Shown: positions 40,245 to 48,984 of the stretch, in pieces | Layout: the number at the start of each line of letters is the position of its first letter | Numbering within the stretch: position 1 is the first letter of the stretch | Origin: Ruminococcus sp. | Lineage (GTDB): Bacteria > Bacillota > Clostridia > Oscillospirales > Ruminococcaceae | DNA length: 51,348 nucleotides | NCBI GenBank assembly: GCA_019417865.1 | Contig: DYCW01000432.1 | Coordinates: 1 to 51,348 of the forward strand | Direction: 5' to 3' | The notes under the pieces: generated by a model | What the model was told of the DNA's origin: nothing | The model's input: only the letters and a program-made list of their open reading frames with translations | The model's database searches: none | Made by a program: the position numbers and the translations under genes

Positions 40245-40676
40245 ATGATTAAAAAAGTATTGGTGGTACACGGTCCAAACTTGAACCTGTTGGGAGAGCG
40301 AGATCCTGCCTATTACGGCAATGTGACATTTGCAAAACTGAATGAAATGATTTTGGATCGAGCAGATGCACTGGGGATGCAGTGCGAGATTTTTCAGTCC
40401 AACCATGAAGGTGCAATCATTGATCGCTTGCAGGCTGCCAGAAACACTTTTGACGGTGTGATTCTGAATGCAGGTGCCTATACACATTATAGCTATGCGA
40501 TTCGGGATGCCATTGCAGATATGCAGCTGCCCTGTGTGGAAGTACATATCAGTAATGTGCAGGCAAGAGATGATTTTCGTGCCAAGTCCGTGATTGCACC
40601 AGTCTGCATTGGCACCATTGCCGGCTTTGGCATTAACAGTTATTTTCTGGCATTGCAGGCACTGGCAATGCTTTGA
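40245..40676 (+). CDS. aroQ: type II 3-dehydroquinate dehydratase
   Basis: HGPNLNLLGERDP, QSNHEG, NAGAYTHYSYAIRDA, EVHISN. Confidence 0.97.
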   Translation: MIKKVLVVHGPNLNLLGERDPAYYGNVTFAKLNEMILDRADALGMQCEIFQSNHEGAIIDRLQAARNTFDGVILNAGAYTHYSYAIRDAIADMQLPCVEVHISNVQARDDFRAKSVIAPVCIGTIAGFGINSYFLALQALAML

Positions 40677-40690
40677 AAGGAGTCTTTTAG

Positions 40691-41764
40691 ATGAATCGAA
40701 TCGAATGGCTGATGCAGCATTTGCCAGAAGAAATTGACTGTGCATGGATTGCGTCGGACATCAACCGCCGATATCTCACCGGTATGGCATCCTCTGCCGG
40801 GATATTGCTCTGTTTTCGAGATGCCGCTTATCTGCTGATTGACTTTCGGTATATTGAAAAAGCAAGAGCATGTGTAAAGGACTGCCATGTGATGGAATTG
40901 GAAAACATGACGGTACAAGTGGAAAATCTGTTGAAACAGCATCATGCAGAAACCATTGCCGTGGAGTCGGCAGAAATGACTTTACAGCAGTTTGCAAATT
41001 TGCAAAAACGGTTTCCGCACCTCTATCGGTGGGACAGCAGCAATCTCCTGAGTGATGCACTGCGGGACTGCCGGACAGTGAAGACAGCGGAAGAAGTGGA
41101 ACAAATACAGGCTGCTCAGCGAATTGCAGAAGCCGCATTACAGCAATTGCTGGACTGGCTGCATGTTGGTGTCACGGAACGGGAGATTCAGCGGAAGTTG
41201 GATTTTACGATGCTGGAACTAGGAGCAGAGGCAATGTCGTTCCCAACCATTGCCCTGACAGGGGCAAGAACTTCCATGCCGCACGGTGTGCCTTCGGATA
41301 CAGCAGTGCAGACAGGGGATTTTGTGCTGATGGATTTTGGTGCTGTGGTAAACGGTTATCACAGCGATATGACACGAACTGTTTGTGTTGGCAAACCGAC
41401 TGAAAAAATGAAGACTGTTTATGGAATTGTACAACATGCACAGGCAGCGGCGTTAAAGGCTGCAAAAGCTGGCATGACAGGCAAAGCGTTGGATGCGATT
41501 GCAAGAGACATCATCACAGAGGCTGGTTATGGCAAGCAGTTTGGGCATTCACTGGGACATGGCGTGGGCATGGAGATTCACGAATCACCGAATGCTGCTC
41601 CATCGGCAAATACGGTACTGCAAGTCGGTAATATTGTGACGATTGAGCCGGGCATTTATCTACCGGGTGAATTTGGCGTACGGATTGAGGATTTTGTAGA
41701 AATCACGGAGAACAGTTGTCGAAATCTAACCGCATTTACACCGGAATTGATTTGTGTGGGATAA
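40691..41764 (+). CDS. Xaa-Pro aminopeptidase (M24B)
   Basis: MPHG, DFGA-x3-YHSDMTRT, HSLGHGVG, TIEPGIY, GVRIED. Confidence 0.94.
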   Translation: MNRIEWLMQHLPEEIDCAWIASDINRRYLTGMASSAGILLCFRDAAYLLIDFRYIEKARACVKDCHVMELENMTVQVENLLKQHHAETIAVESAEMTLQQFANLQKRFPHLYRWDSSNLLSDALRDCRTVKTAEEVEQIQAAQRIAEAALQQLLDWLHVGVTEREIQRKLDFTMLELGAEAMSFPTIALTGARTSMPHGVPSDTAVQTGDFVLMDFGAVVNGYHSDMTRTVCVGKPTEKMKTVYGIVQHAQAAALKAAKAGMTGKALDAIARDIITEAGYGKQFGHSLGHGVGMEIHESPNAAPSANTVLQVGNIVTIEPGIYLPGEFGVRIEDFVEITENSCRNLTAFTPELICVG

Positions 41765-41828
41765 TACATATAGAAAAATTAAATCATTGTTTCATAAAAA
41801 TAAAAGTTATATAGGAAGGGAAATCCAT

Positions 41829-42350
41829 ATGGCGAATGTACAAGGTCTGCCCAAATTCAAATATCATCCCAATCTGTATCAGAGTGGGATGGTTGCTTTT
41901 GAAGAAGGCATTTGTCAATGCTGCGGGAAAACAGTAGATGCCTATATTGAGAAAATGTATTGTGAAGAAGAAATCATCAAATGCCTTTGTCTGGAGTGTG
42001 TAGCAAATGGTACGGCAGCAAAAAAATTTGATGGTACATTTGTGCAGGATGCGGAAGAGGTGCATGATTCCGCTAAAAGAGAGGAATTGTTCTGCCGAAC
42101 GCCTGGCTATATCAGTTGGCAAGGAGAATACTGGCTGGCTTGTTGTGACGATTATTGTGCTTATATTGGAGACGTTGGAACAAAAGAATTAGAAGAAATG
42201 GGAATTGCTGACGAGGTATTTGCGGAATATGATGACTGTGGGGGCTACGAAGATGCCAGAGAATATCTGGATAGGGATGGATCTCTGGTCGGCTATTTGT
42301 TTCAGTGTCTGCACTGTGGGAAATATCATCTTTGGGTAGATATGGATTAA
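41829..42350 (+). CDS. CbrC / UPF0167 family protein
   Basis: LPKFKYHP, CQCC, LCLECVANG, RTPGYISWQGEYWLACCDDYC, YLFQCLHCGK. Confidence 0.9.
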   Translation: MANVQGLPKFKYHPNLYQSGMVAFEEGICQCCGKTVDAYIEKMYCEEEIIKCLCLECVANGTAAKKFDGTFVQDAEEVHDSAKREELFCRTPGYISWQGEYWLACCDDYCAYIGDVGTKELEEMGIADEVFAEYDDCGGYEDAREYLDRDGSLVGYLFQCLHCGKYHLWVDMD

Positions 42351-42365
42351 CGGAAAATAGAGTGC

Positions 42366-42407
42366 AAGGGCAGCAGAAAGGTTTGATTTCTGCTGCTCTT
42401 TATTTTT
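42366..42407 (+). terminator. intrinsic terminator after the CbrC-family gene
   Basis: AAGGGCAGCAGAAA / TTTCTGCTGCTCTT plus Ts. Confidence 0.75.
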
Positions 42408-42495
42408 GTGGACAAATGAGAAGAAATATGGTAGAATGAGAAAAAGGATAGGATTTATTTTTTTGCAGGAAAATAATGTGTAGGAGAAGTAATAT

Positions 42496-42820
42496 ATGAA
42501 ATTATGCAGAATCGCCGCCATGCTTTGCAGCAGTATGGTGCTTGTTGGATGTTTGAGTGGTTGTCGGTTTTCTGCGGCAATCGGTGACGCTGTGACTTCT
42601 GTGTTTCAGGATGACGGAGATGTATTGTTTAATGAAACCGTGGACAATTTGTTTGCAGCCGCCGACCAACAGGATGCACAGGCGATTTATGATTTGTTTG
42701 CACCGTCTGTTCAGCAGAAAAACTCAGACTTGATGGAACAGATTACGGCATTTCTTTCCTTGTATTGTAGATGATAAAGGCGATGTATATATACCGCTTT
42801 TTGACACAGATGTAGATTGA
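42496..42820 (+). pseudogene. truncated lipoprotein, probable internal deletion or frameshift
   Basis: Lipobox LSGC; helical domain stops abruptly at aa 92; another frame at 42764-42820 reads IVDDKGDVYIPLFDTDVD* before the next hairpin. Confidence 0.5.
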
Positions 42821-42967
42821 CATAAAATGGAATCCAAAAAACAGAAGAAGGATTTGGTTTCCGCTGTTTTTGATTGGTTATAGACAAGGGAGAGGAAATG
42901 TGTTAAAATAAGAAAAAAGGCAGGGTATCGTTTTTATAGAAAAACGGGATATAGGGAGAGATTGCAA

Positions 42968-44143
42968 GTGAAATTGTATTATTTTATCGCACTGCTTTGC
43001 AGCAGCATGTTATTTTCCAGTTGTCTGACTGGCTGCCAGACCGTACAGCAAACCGTTACCACTATGGAACAGAATGTTTCTGGCACACTGACCACAACTG
43101 CACCAGTACAAACAACCGTTACCAAAATGACAACCACCGAATTGCTGAAACCATTTGACTATACGATTTGCTTTTCCGGTGATATTTGCATTGAGGATAA
43201 TGCTTACACCACACAGTACTGGAAAAGTTGTGGCGAAGATATTACACAATGTATAGATGCTACTATGATAGACCATATGCGGTCAGCAGATATTTGCTTT
43301 ATCAACAACGAATTTCCATATTCCACAAGGGGAAGTGCAACAGTCGGGAAAGACTATACTTACCGTGCCGATCCTGCGAATGTCAAAGTACTGCCGGAAT
43401 TGGGCGTGGATATTGTTTCATTGGCAAACAATCATGCATATGACTACGGAGAGGCGGCATTATTGGATACACTGGATACCCTGCAAAATGCGGGGATTCC
43501 CTATGTGGGAGCTGGAAAGAATTTAGAGGAAGCTTCTTCGATTTATTATTATGAGTTGGATGGTTTTACAGTAGCATTTGTGTCTGGTACTCGTGTGGAA
43601 TGGGAGGAATTAACCAAGGGGGCAACTGAGAATGAACCGGGTGTATTCCGAACAGTTGATCCCACTTTGCTCTATGAACGGGTAGAAGAGGCAGATCAAA
43701 ATGCAGATTATGTGGTTGTCTATATGCACCGGGGCATTGAGGGGGTCACGTATCTGGAGGATTACCAGCTGACAACTGGAATCGGTCTAATGGATGCTGG
43801 GGCAGATGCTGTCATTGGTGACCATACACACTGTCTGCAAGGTATTGATTTCTATCAGGATAAACCCATTGTCTATTCCCTTGGGAACTACTGGTTCAAC
43901 GGCAAGACCATGGATACCATGCTGGCAGAGCTGCATATTACCGGAACAGCAGAAAAGTATGAGGTGCAGTTGCAGTTGGTGCCAGCGATACAGTCCAACT
44001 GTCAGGTGACCTATATCGAAGACCCATCTGAACAGGATCTGTTCTATCGAAATATGGAAAATATGTCCTATGGTATTTCGATTGATGAGAATGGTGTGGT
44101 GACAGATACGGATGGACAAGTGCCTACACAAAAACCGTTTTGA
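42968..44143 (+). CDS. CapA (PGA_cap) family metallophosphoesterase lipoprotein
   Basis: Lipobox LTGC, Thr-rich linker, FSGD, NNE, SLANNHAYDYG, GDHTH, YSLGN; likely GTG start 42968. Confidence 0.92.
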   Translation: MKLYYFIALLCSSMLFSSCLTGCQTVQQTVTTMEQNVSGTLTTTAPVQTTVTKMTTTELLKPFDYTICFSGDICIEDNAYTTQYWKSCGEDITQCIDATMIDHMRSADICFINNEFPYSTRGSATVGKDYTYRADPANVKVLPELGVDIVSLANNHAYDYGEAALLDTLDTLQNAGIPYVGAGKNLEEASSIYYYELDGFTVAFVSGTRVEWEELTKGATENEPGVFRTVDPTLLYERVEEADQNADYVVVYMHRGIEGVTYLEDYQLTTGIGLMDAGADAVIGDHTHCLQGIDFYQDKPIVYSLGNYWFNGKTMDTMLAELHITGTAEKYEVQLQLVPAIQSNCQVTYIEDPSEQDLFYRNMENMSYGISIDENGVVTDTDGQVPTQKPF

Positions 44144-44159
44144 AATGCAATACAACCGC

Positions 44160-44189
44160 TTGACAGAATTGTGCATTCTGTGCTATGAT
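44160..44189 (+). promoter_or_regulatory. sigma-A promoter with a palindromic spacer
   Basis: TTGACA-18 nt-TATGAT; CAGAAT-n5-ATTCTG at 44164-44180. Confidence 0.6.
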
Positions 44190-44300
44190 AATTGTATCCT
44201 CTATATCAGACGCTATTGCAATAGAGGACTCGATACCAATGGGGAATTTCAGATAAAAACAAGGGTTTTCATTATCAATAAAAAGAAAGGATGAATCTGT

Positions 44301-45737
44301 ATGAATCCATCAAGAAAGCATCGTGTCTGTGGCGTATTGGCAGCAGCTTGTCTGCTGGCAGCTGTAACCGTACCAACCGTGCAGAGGGGATTGTCGCTGC
44401 CGTCTATGTCTCTTTCGGTTTCTGCTGCTGAAACTACAACATATGGCGATCTGACACTTTTGCTGTATAGTGATTATGTTGAAGTATCAGACTGTAATAT
44501 ATCTGCAACCAGTGTAAAAATTCCGTCTAAAATGGGTGGTAAGCCTGTGCGTGTCATTGGTGAACGGGCGTTCTATGGCTGTACCAATCTGCAAAGTGTT
44601 ACTATTTCTGAGAATGTGCAGATTATCGGGGATAATGCCTTTGCCTATTGTAGTGCCCTGACAGAACTTGCTTTACCAGAATCGGTGACAGCAATCGGCG
44701 ATTCTGCCTTTTATGGTTGCTCCGGTTTGACGAGTTTGCCATTGCCGACACAGCTGCTGCAAATTGGCACATCTGCCTTCGATGGCTGTACCGGTTTGAC
44801 ATCGCTGGAACTGCCAGCTTCGGTTACGACATTGGGGGATAATGTCTTTGCAGGCTGTACAAGCTTACAACAAATTACAGTTGCAGATGGCAATTCTGTA
44901 TTTACTTCTGTAGACGGTGTTCTGCTGAATCAGGCACAGACTACGCTGATTCGTTATCCGATTGCAAAGGGCGGCAGCTCTTACACAGTACCGACAACGG
45001 TTACAGAGCTGGCACCGTTTGCCTTTGAGTCGTGCACCAGTTTGACCGATATTGCCTTGCCGAATATGCTACGTAACATTGGAGCCTGGGCATTAGCCAA
45101 TACGGGTTTGACCGCATTGAACATGCCGAACGGTGTCAGAACGGTAGAGGATCATGCATTTTGTGCCTGCACCGCACTGACCGATGTAAAGCTTTCCTCC
45201 AATTTACAGACACTGGGGACTGGTGCATTTTGGGGCTGTACGGCACTGAGCAGTGTTGTACTACCGAGCAGACTGCAATCTATCAGCTATTGTCTGTTCT
45301 ATGGCTGTACAAATTTGCGTGCAGTTACTGTGCCCGCAAGTGTGCAGACCATTGAGGATGAGGCGTTTTCTGGCAACAGCAATCAAATTGCTGTGACTGT
45401 CTATACAGGCTCCTATGCACAGGAATATTTTCAAAATCAGATAGATTATGCAAATTCACAGGGATTTGACCCCAAGTATTCTCTTATCCCGTTAGATCCG
45501 CCTGAAATCATGAAGGGTGATCCTAACAATAATGGGGTTGTTGAGGTAGAAGATGCGGTTCTGGTGCTGCAAACTTATGCACAGCAGTCAGCTGGATTGT
45601 CTGTAGAAATTTCAGATGCCGTCTTTGCTGCCATGGACGTAGATGAAGATGGAAAGATTGCAGTGGAAGATGCGGTGAAAATTCTGACATATTACGCACG
45701 AAAGTCCGCAGGTTTGGAGGCAAGCTGGGATTTTTAA
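44301..45737 (+). CDS. secreted BspA-type leucine-rich-repeat protein with C-terminal dockerin
   Basis: Signal peptide; IGxxAFxGCxxLxxxxLP repeats; duplicated Ca-loop GDPNNNGVVEVEDA / DVDEDGKIAVEDA. Confidence 0.92.
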   Translation: MNPSRKHRVCGVLAAACLLAAVTVPTVQRGLSLPSMSLSVSAAETTTYGDLTLLLYSDYVEVSDCNISATSVKIPSKMGGKPVRVIGERAFYGCTNLQSVTISENVQIIGDNAFAYCSALTELALPESVTAIGDSAFYGCSGLTSLPLPTQLLQIGTSAFDGCTGLTSLELPASVTTLGDNVFAGCTSLQQITVADGNSVFTSVDGVLLNQAQTTLIRYPIAKGGSSYTVPTTVTELAPFAFESCTSLTDIALPNMLRNIGAWALANTGLTALNMPNGVRTVEDHAFCACTALTDVKLSSNLQTLGTGAFWGCTALSSVVLPSRLQSISYCLFYGCTNLRAVTVPASVQTIEDEAFSGNSNQIAVTVYTGSYAQEYFQNQIDYANSQGFDPKYSLIPLDPPEIMKGDPNNNGVVEVEDAVLVLQTYAQQSAGLSVEISDAVFAAMDVDEDGKIAVEDAVKILTYYARKSAGLEASWDF

Positions 45738-45799
45738 CCTCCAGTAGCAAGAAGTCGCCCACCTCTAAGGTGGGGGATGAATTGCGACCTCATCCAAGC

Positions 45800-45828
45800 T
45801 TGACAAATTCGGAAGAATATGTTTTAAT
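45800..45828 (+). promoter_or_regulatory. IS-internal promoter for tnpA/tnpB
   Basis: TTGACA-17 nt-TTTAAT with extended TG. Confidence 0.65.
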
Positions 45829-45864
45829 AAAATCAGTCGAATAAAAGAAAAGGGCTGATGGACT

Positions 45865-46281
45865 GTGGAATTAGACAACAATGCACATTCGGTATTTTTG
45901 CTGTACTATCATCTTGTACTTGTTGTAAAATATCGGCGGAAGGTGTTCGATGATGAAATTTCCGACAGGGCTAAAGAGATATTTGAGTACATATCGCTGA
46001 ATTACAATATCACATTGCAGGAGTGGAACCACGACAAAGACCATGTACATATCTTGTTCAAGGCTCATCCGAACTCTCAAATCAGCAAATTCATAAACGC
46101 GTACAAAAGTGCGAGCAGCAGACTTCTGAAAAAAGAATTCCTGCAAATAAGACAAAAGCTTTGGAAAGAATATTTCTGGAGTCAGAGTTTTTGCTTGCTG
46201 ACAACAGGCGGTGCACCCATTGAGGTGATAAAAAAATACATAGAGACTCAAGGTAAAAAGCATGGTAAACAAGGCATATAA
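45865..46281 (+). CDS. tnpA: Y1 HUH transposase TnpA
   Basis: YHLVLVVKYRR, HUH motif DHVHIL, catalytic Tyr in IKKYIETQ. Confidence 0.96.
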   Translation: MELDNNAHSVFLLYYHLVLVVKYRRKVFDDEISDRAKEIFEYISLNYNITLQEWNHDKDHVHILFKAHPNSQISKFINAYKSASSRLLKKEFLQIRQKLWKEYFWSQSFCLLTTGGAPIEVIKKYIETQGKKHGKQGI

Positions 46282-47359
46282 GTTTAGAATCTATCCCAAT
46301 CAAGAACAACAAATCCTGTTTGCCAAGACTTTTGGCTGTGTTCGATTTATCTATAATCGTATGCTGTCGGACAAAATAAAGTATTACGAGGAAACAAAAC
46401 AAAAGCTAAATAACACTCCTGCCCAATACAAGAAAGAATTTGAATGGCTGAAAGAAGTGGATAGTCTTGCTTTGGCTAACGCCCAAATGAATTTGCAAAC
46501 AGCGTACAATAACTTTTTCAGAAGTCCTAAAGTTGGCTTTCCAAAATTCAAATCCAAGAAATCCAATCGAAAAAGTTATACAACAAATTGCGTAAATGGA
46601 AATATTTCTATTGAAAATGGACAGATAAAACTTCCAAAAATCGGACTTGTAAAGCTGAAACAGCATAGAATGATCCCGTCCAGTTATAGGCTGAAATCCG
46701 TGACGGTAAGCCAAACGCCAAGCGGAAAATATTATGCAAGCATTCTTTTTGAGTATGAAAATCAAGTACAAGACAAAGAATTGTATCATTTTTTAGGATT
46801 AGATTTTTCGATGCACGAGCTGTACAAAGACAGTGATGGAAATGAGCCAGCTTATCCAAGGTATTACAGACAGGCAGAAAAACGGTTGAAGCGGGAACAA
46901 CGTAAACTGTCGCATATGCAAAAAGGTTCTAAAAACAGAGATAAGCAAAGAAGAAAAGTAGCAATTCTTCATGAGAAAGTAGCAAATCAAAGGAAAGATT
47001 TTCTGCATAAGCAGTCAAAGAGGATAGCCAATTCTTACGATTGTGTATGTATTGAAGATTTAGACATGAAAGCGATGTCACAAGCATTGCATTTTGGTAA
47101 ATCTGTTTCTGATAATGGGTGGGGAATGTTTGTGACGTTTTTGCAGTACAAACTTGAAGAAATGGGCAAAAAGCTTGTAAAAGTGGATAAGTTCTTTGCA
47201 AGTTCTCAAACCTGTCATGTATGTGGATATAAGAATATAAAAACAAAGAATTTGTCTGTAAGAGTGTGGGATTGTCCTGAATGTGGCACACATCACGACA
47301 GAGATGTAAATGCTGCCATAAACATAAAAAATGAGGGTATGCGAATCGTAAATGCATAA
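46262..47359 (+). CDS. tnpB: RNA-guided endonuclease TnpB
   Basis: AYKFRIYP, FGCVRFIYN, RuvC D (GLDF), E (IEDL), D (DRDVNAA), Zn finger CHVC/CPEC. Confidence 0.96.
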   Translation: MVNKAYKFRIYPNQEQQILFAKTFGCVRFIYNRMLSDKIKYYEETKQKLNNTPAQYKKEFEWLKEVDSLALANAQMNLQTAYNNFFRSPKVGFPKFKSKKSNRKSYTTNCVNGNISIENGQIKLPKIGLVKLKQHRMIPSSYRLKSVTVSQTPSGKYYASILFEYENQVQDKELYHFLGLDFSMHELYKDSDGNEPAYPRYYRQAEKRLKREQRKLSHMQKGSKNRDKQRRKVAILHEKVANQRKDFLHKQSKRIANSYDCVCIEDLDMKAMSQALHFGKSVSDNGWGMFVTFLQYKLEEMGKKLVKVDKFFASSQTCHVCGYKNIKTKNLSVRVWDCPECGTHHDRDVNAAINIKNEGMRIVNA

Positions 47360-47512
47360 CCATAACTTCTATAGAACCGTGGGACGCACGGGGATAGCTC
47401 GCTTATGCTGTAGTCATTGGACTGCTCGAACGAGAACCGACTGTTCGCATTGTGCGAAAGGAAGCCCCCACCTCTTTAGGTGGGGGAGGATGTCACCGTA
47501 AGAAAATAAAAA
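47360..47512 (+). ncRNA. putative TnpB omega/reRNA: right-end scaffold plus flanking guide
   Basis: Structured right end downstream of tnpB ending at TCAC; by analogy with known TnpB systems the guide is the flank from 47497; 5' boundary uncertain. Confidence 0.6.
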
Positions 47513-47528
47513 AAATTATGGAAAGGGC

Positions 47529-47557
47529 TTGCAAAAAGCCGGATTCTGTAGTATAAT
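47529..47557 (+). promoter_or_regulatory. sigma-A promoter of efp
   Basis: TTGCAA-17 nt-TATAAT. Confidence 0.7.
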
Positions 47558-47630
47558 AAACTATATACCTGTGCTTTTTGTCCGTATCGGCGAGAGCAGG
47601 AGAAAGAAACAATCACGGAGGTTTATTTTT

Positions 47631-48188
47631 ATGATTTCAGCAGGCGATTTCAGAAACGGTGTTACCTTTGAACTGGACGGCAACGTTGTACAGGTCATTG
47701 AATTTCAGCACGTAAAGCCGGGTAAGGGTGCCGCATTTGTTCGTACCAAGTATAAGAATGTCATCACAGGTGCAGTGGTAGAACGTTCTTTTAACCCGAC
47801 CGATAAGTATCCGACTGCTTATATTGAGCGGAAGGATATGCAGTATCTGTATGAAGACGGCGGTCTGTATTATTTTATGGATATGGAAACCTATGAACAG
47901 CTGCCGATTGACAGCAAGAAGCTGGGCGATGCATTCCGGTTTGTAAAAGAGAATATGGAAGTAAAGGTTTTGTCTTATAAGGGTAATGTGTTCGGCGTAG
48001 AACCGCCGTTCTTTGTAGAATTGGAAGTAACAGAAACCGATCCGGGCTTTAAGGGAGATACGGCTACCAATGCCACCAAGCCGGCAACATTGGAAACCGG
48101 TGCAGAAATTAAAGTGCCGCTGTTCATCAATACAGGGGACAAGATTCGGATTGATACCAGAACCGGGGAGTATATGGAACGTGCATAA
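47631..48188 (+). CDS. efp: elongation factor P
   Basis: [46 protein letters not shown]. Confidence 0.98.
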   Translation: MISAGDFRNGVTFELDGNVVQVIEFQHVKPGKGAAFVRTKYKNVITGAVVERSFNPTDKYPTAYIERKDMQYLYEDGGLYYFMDMETYEQLPIDSKKLGDAFRFVKENMEVKVLSYKGNVFGVEPPFFVELEVTETDPGFKGDTATNATKPATLETGAEIKVPLFINTGDKIRIDTRTGEYMERA

Positions 48189-48288
48189 GTACAGAAATCT
48201 GTACCTTGCATAAAGCCTGTGGCATTTACAGGCAAGCATAACGTCTGTTTCAGCAATGGACAAAAAGAAAAGAAAGAGGGCGGAGCAT

Positions 48289-48759
48289 ATGAATTTAGGT
48301 GACAAGATGTCATATCTGCGTGGCATGATAGACGGCATGGAGCTGGATCTGACAACCACTAAGGAGGGTAAGGTTCTGGCACAGCTGCTGGAAGTGATGC
48401 AGGAAACGGTTTTGTATGTAACGGATTTACAGGATCAGGTGGATGAACTGACAGAACTCTGCGAATCTCTGGATGAAGACCTCGGTGACGTAGAAGCAGA
48501 AATATTCGGTGAAGACGAATATGAGGCAGAAGAGGAAGCAGACGATTTGGATTATGATGAGGACGACGAGGATTTGTATGAGGCAGTCTGTCCGAATTGT
48601 CAGAATACCATTGTGCTGGCAGATTCCGTTTTGGACGAGGGTACGATGCATTGTCCATGCTGCAATGAACTGTTGGAATTTGATTACAGTGAATTGACTA
48701 TGGATGAGCTGGAGGAAATGAAAGAAACGGAAGAAGCAGCGGACGAGCCGGAGGCATAA
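48289..48759 (+). CDS. acidic zinc-ribbon protein (CD1247-like)
   Basis: SYLRGMIDG, KEGKVL, acidic middle, CPNC...CPCC; follows efp. Confidence 0.8.
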   Translation: MNLGDKMSYLRGMIDGMELDLTTTKEGKVLAQLLEVMQETVLYVTDLQDQVDELTELCESLDEDLGDVEAEIFGEDEYEAEEEADDLDYDEDDEDLYEAVCPNCQNTIVLADSVLDEGTMHCPCCNELLEFDYSELTMDELEEMKETEEAADEPEA

Positions 48760-48917
48760 AAGCATCATTTTTGTGTGCTGAAAAACAAGAAAATGCAAAA
48801 AATAAGCTGGCATGTTTTTGTCGGCTTATTTTTTTAAGATGGAAGTCTGCCAGAAGTTTTTTGGCAAATAAAGCAAAACTGGAAAAGCAAAGAACAAGAA
48901 ATGCGTGGAAAAAGTGC

Positions 48918-48946
48918 TTGTATTTTTGCAGAATGCGTGGTATAAT
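48918..48946 (+). promoter_or_regulatory. sigma-A promoter of nfnAB
   Basis: TTGTAT-17 nt-TATAAT with extended TG. Confidence 0.7.
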
Positions 48947-48984
48947 AAATTCACGATATATTTTCAAGAAGGAGAGGGAAAATT

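Larger units (their letters stand above)
45738..47496 (+). mobile_element. complete IS200/IS605-family element (tnpA + tnpB)
   Basis: Subterminal hairpins CCCACCT-loop-AGGTGGG at 45758-45774 and 47465-47486; left end follows TTTAA; right end TCAC; AT-rich interior. Confidence 0.9.

Noticed and set aside
48930..48960. Rex operator at the nfnAB promoter
   Set aside because: Only a half-site (TTCACGA); the left arm does not match.
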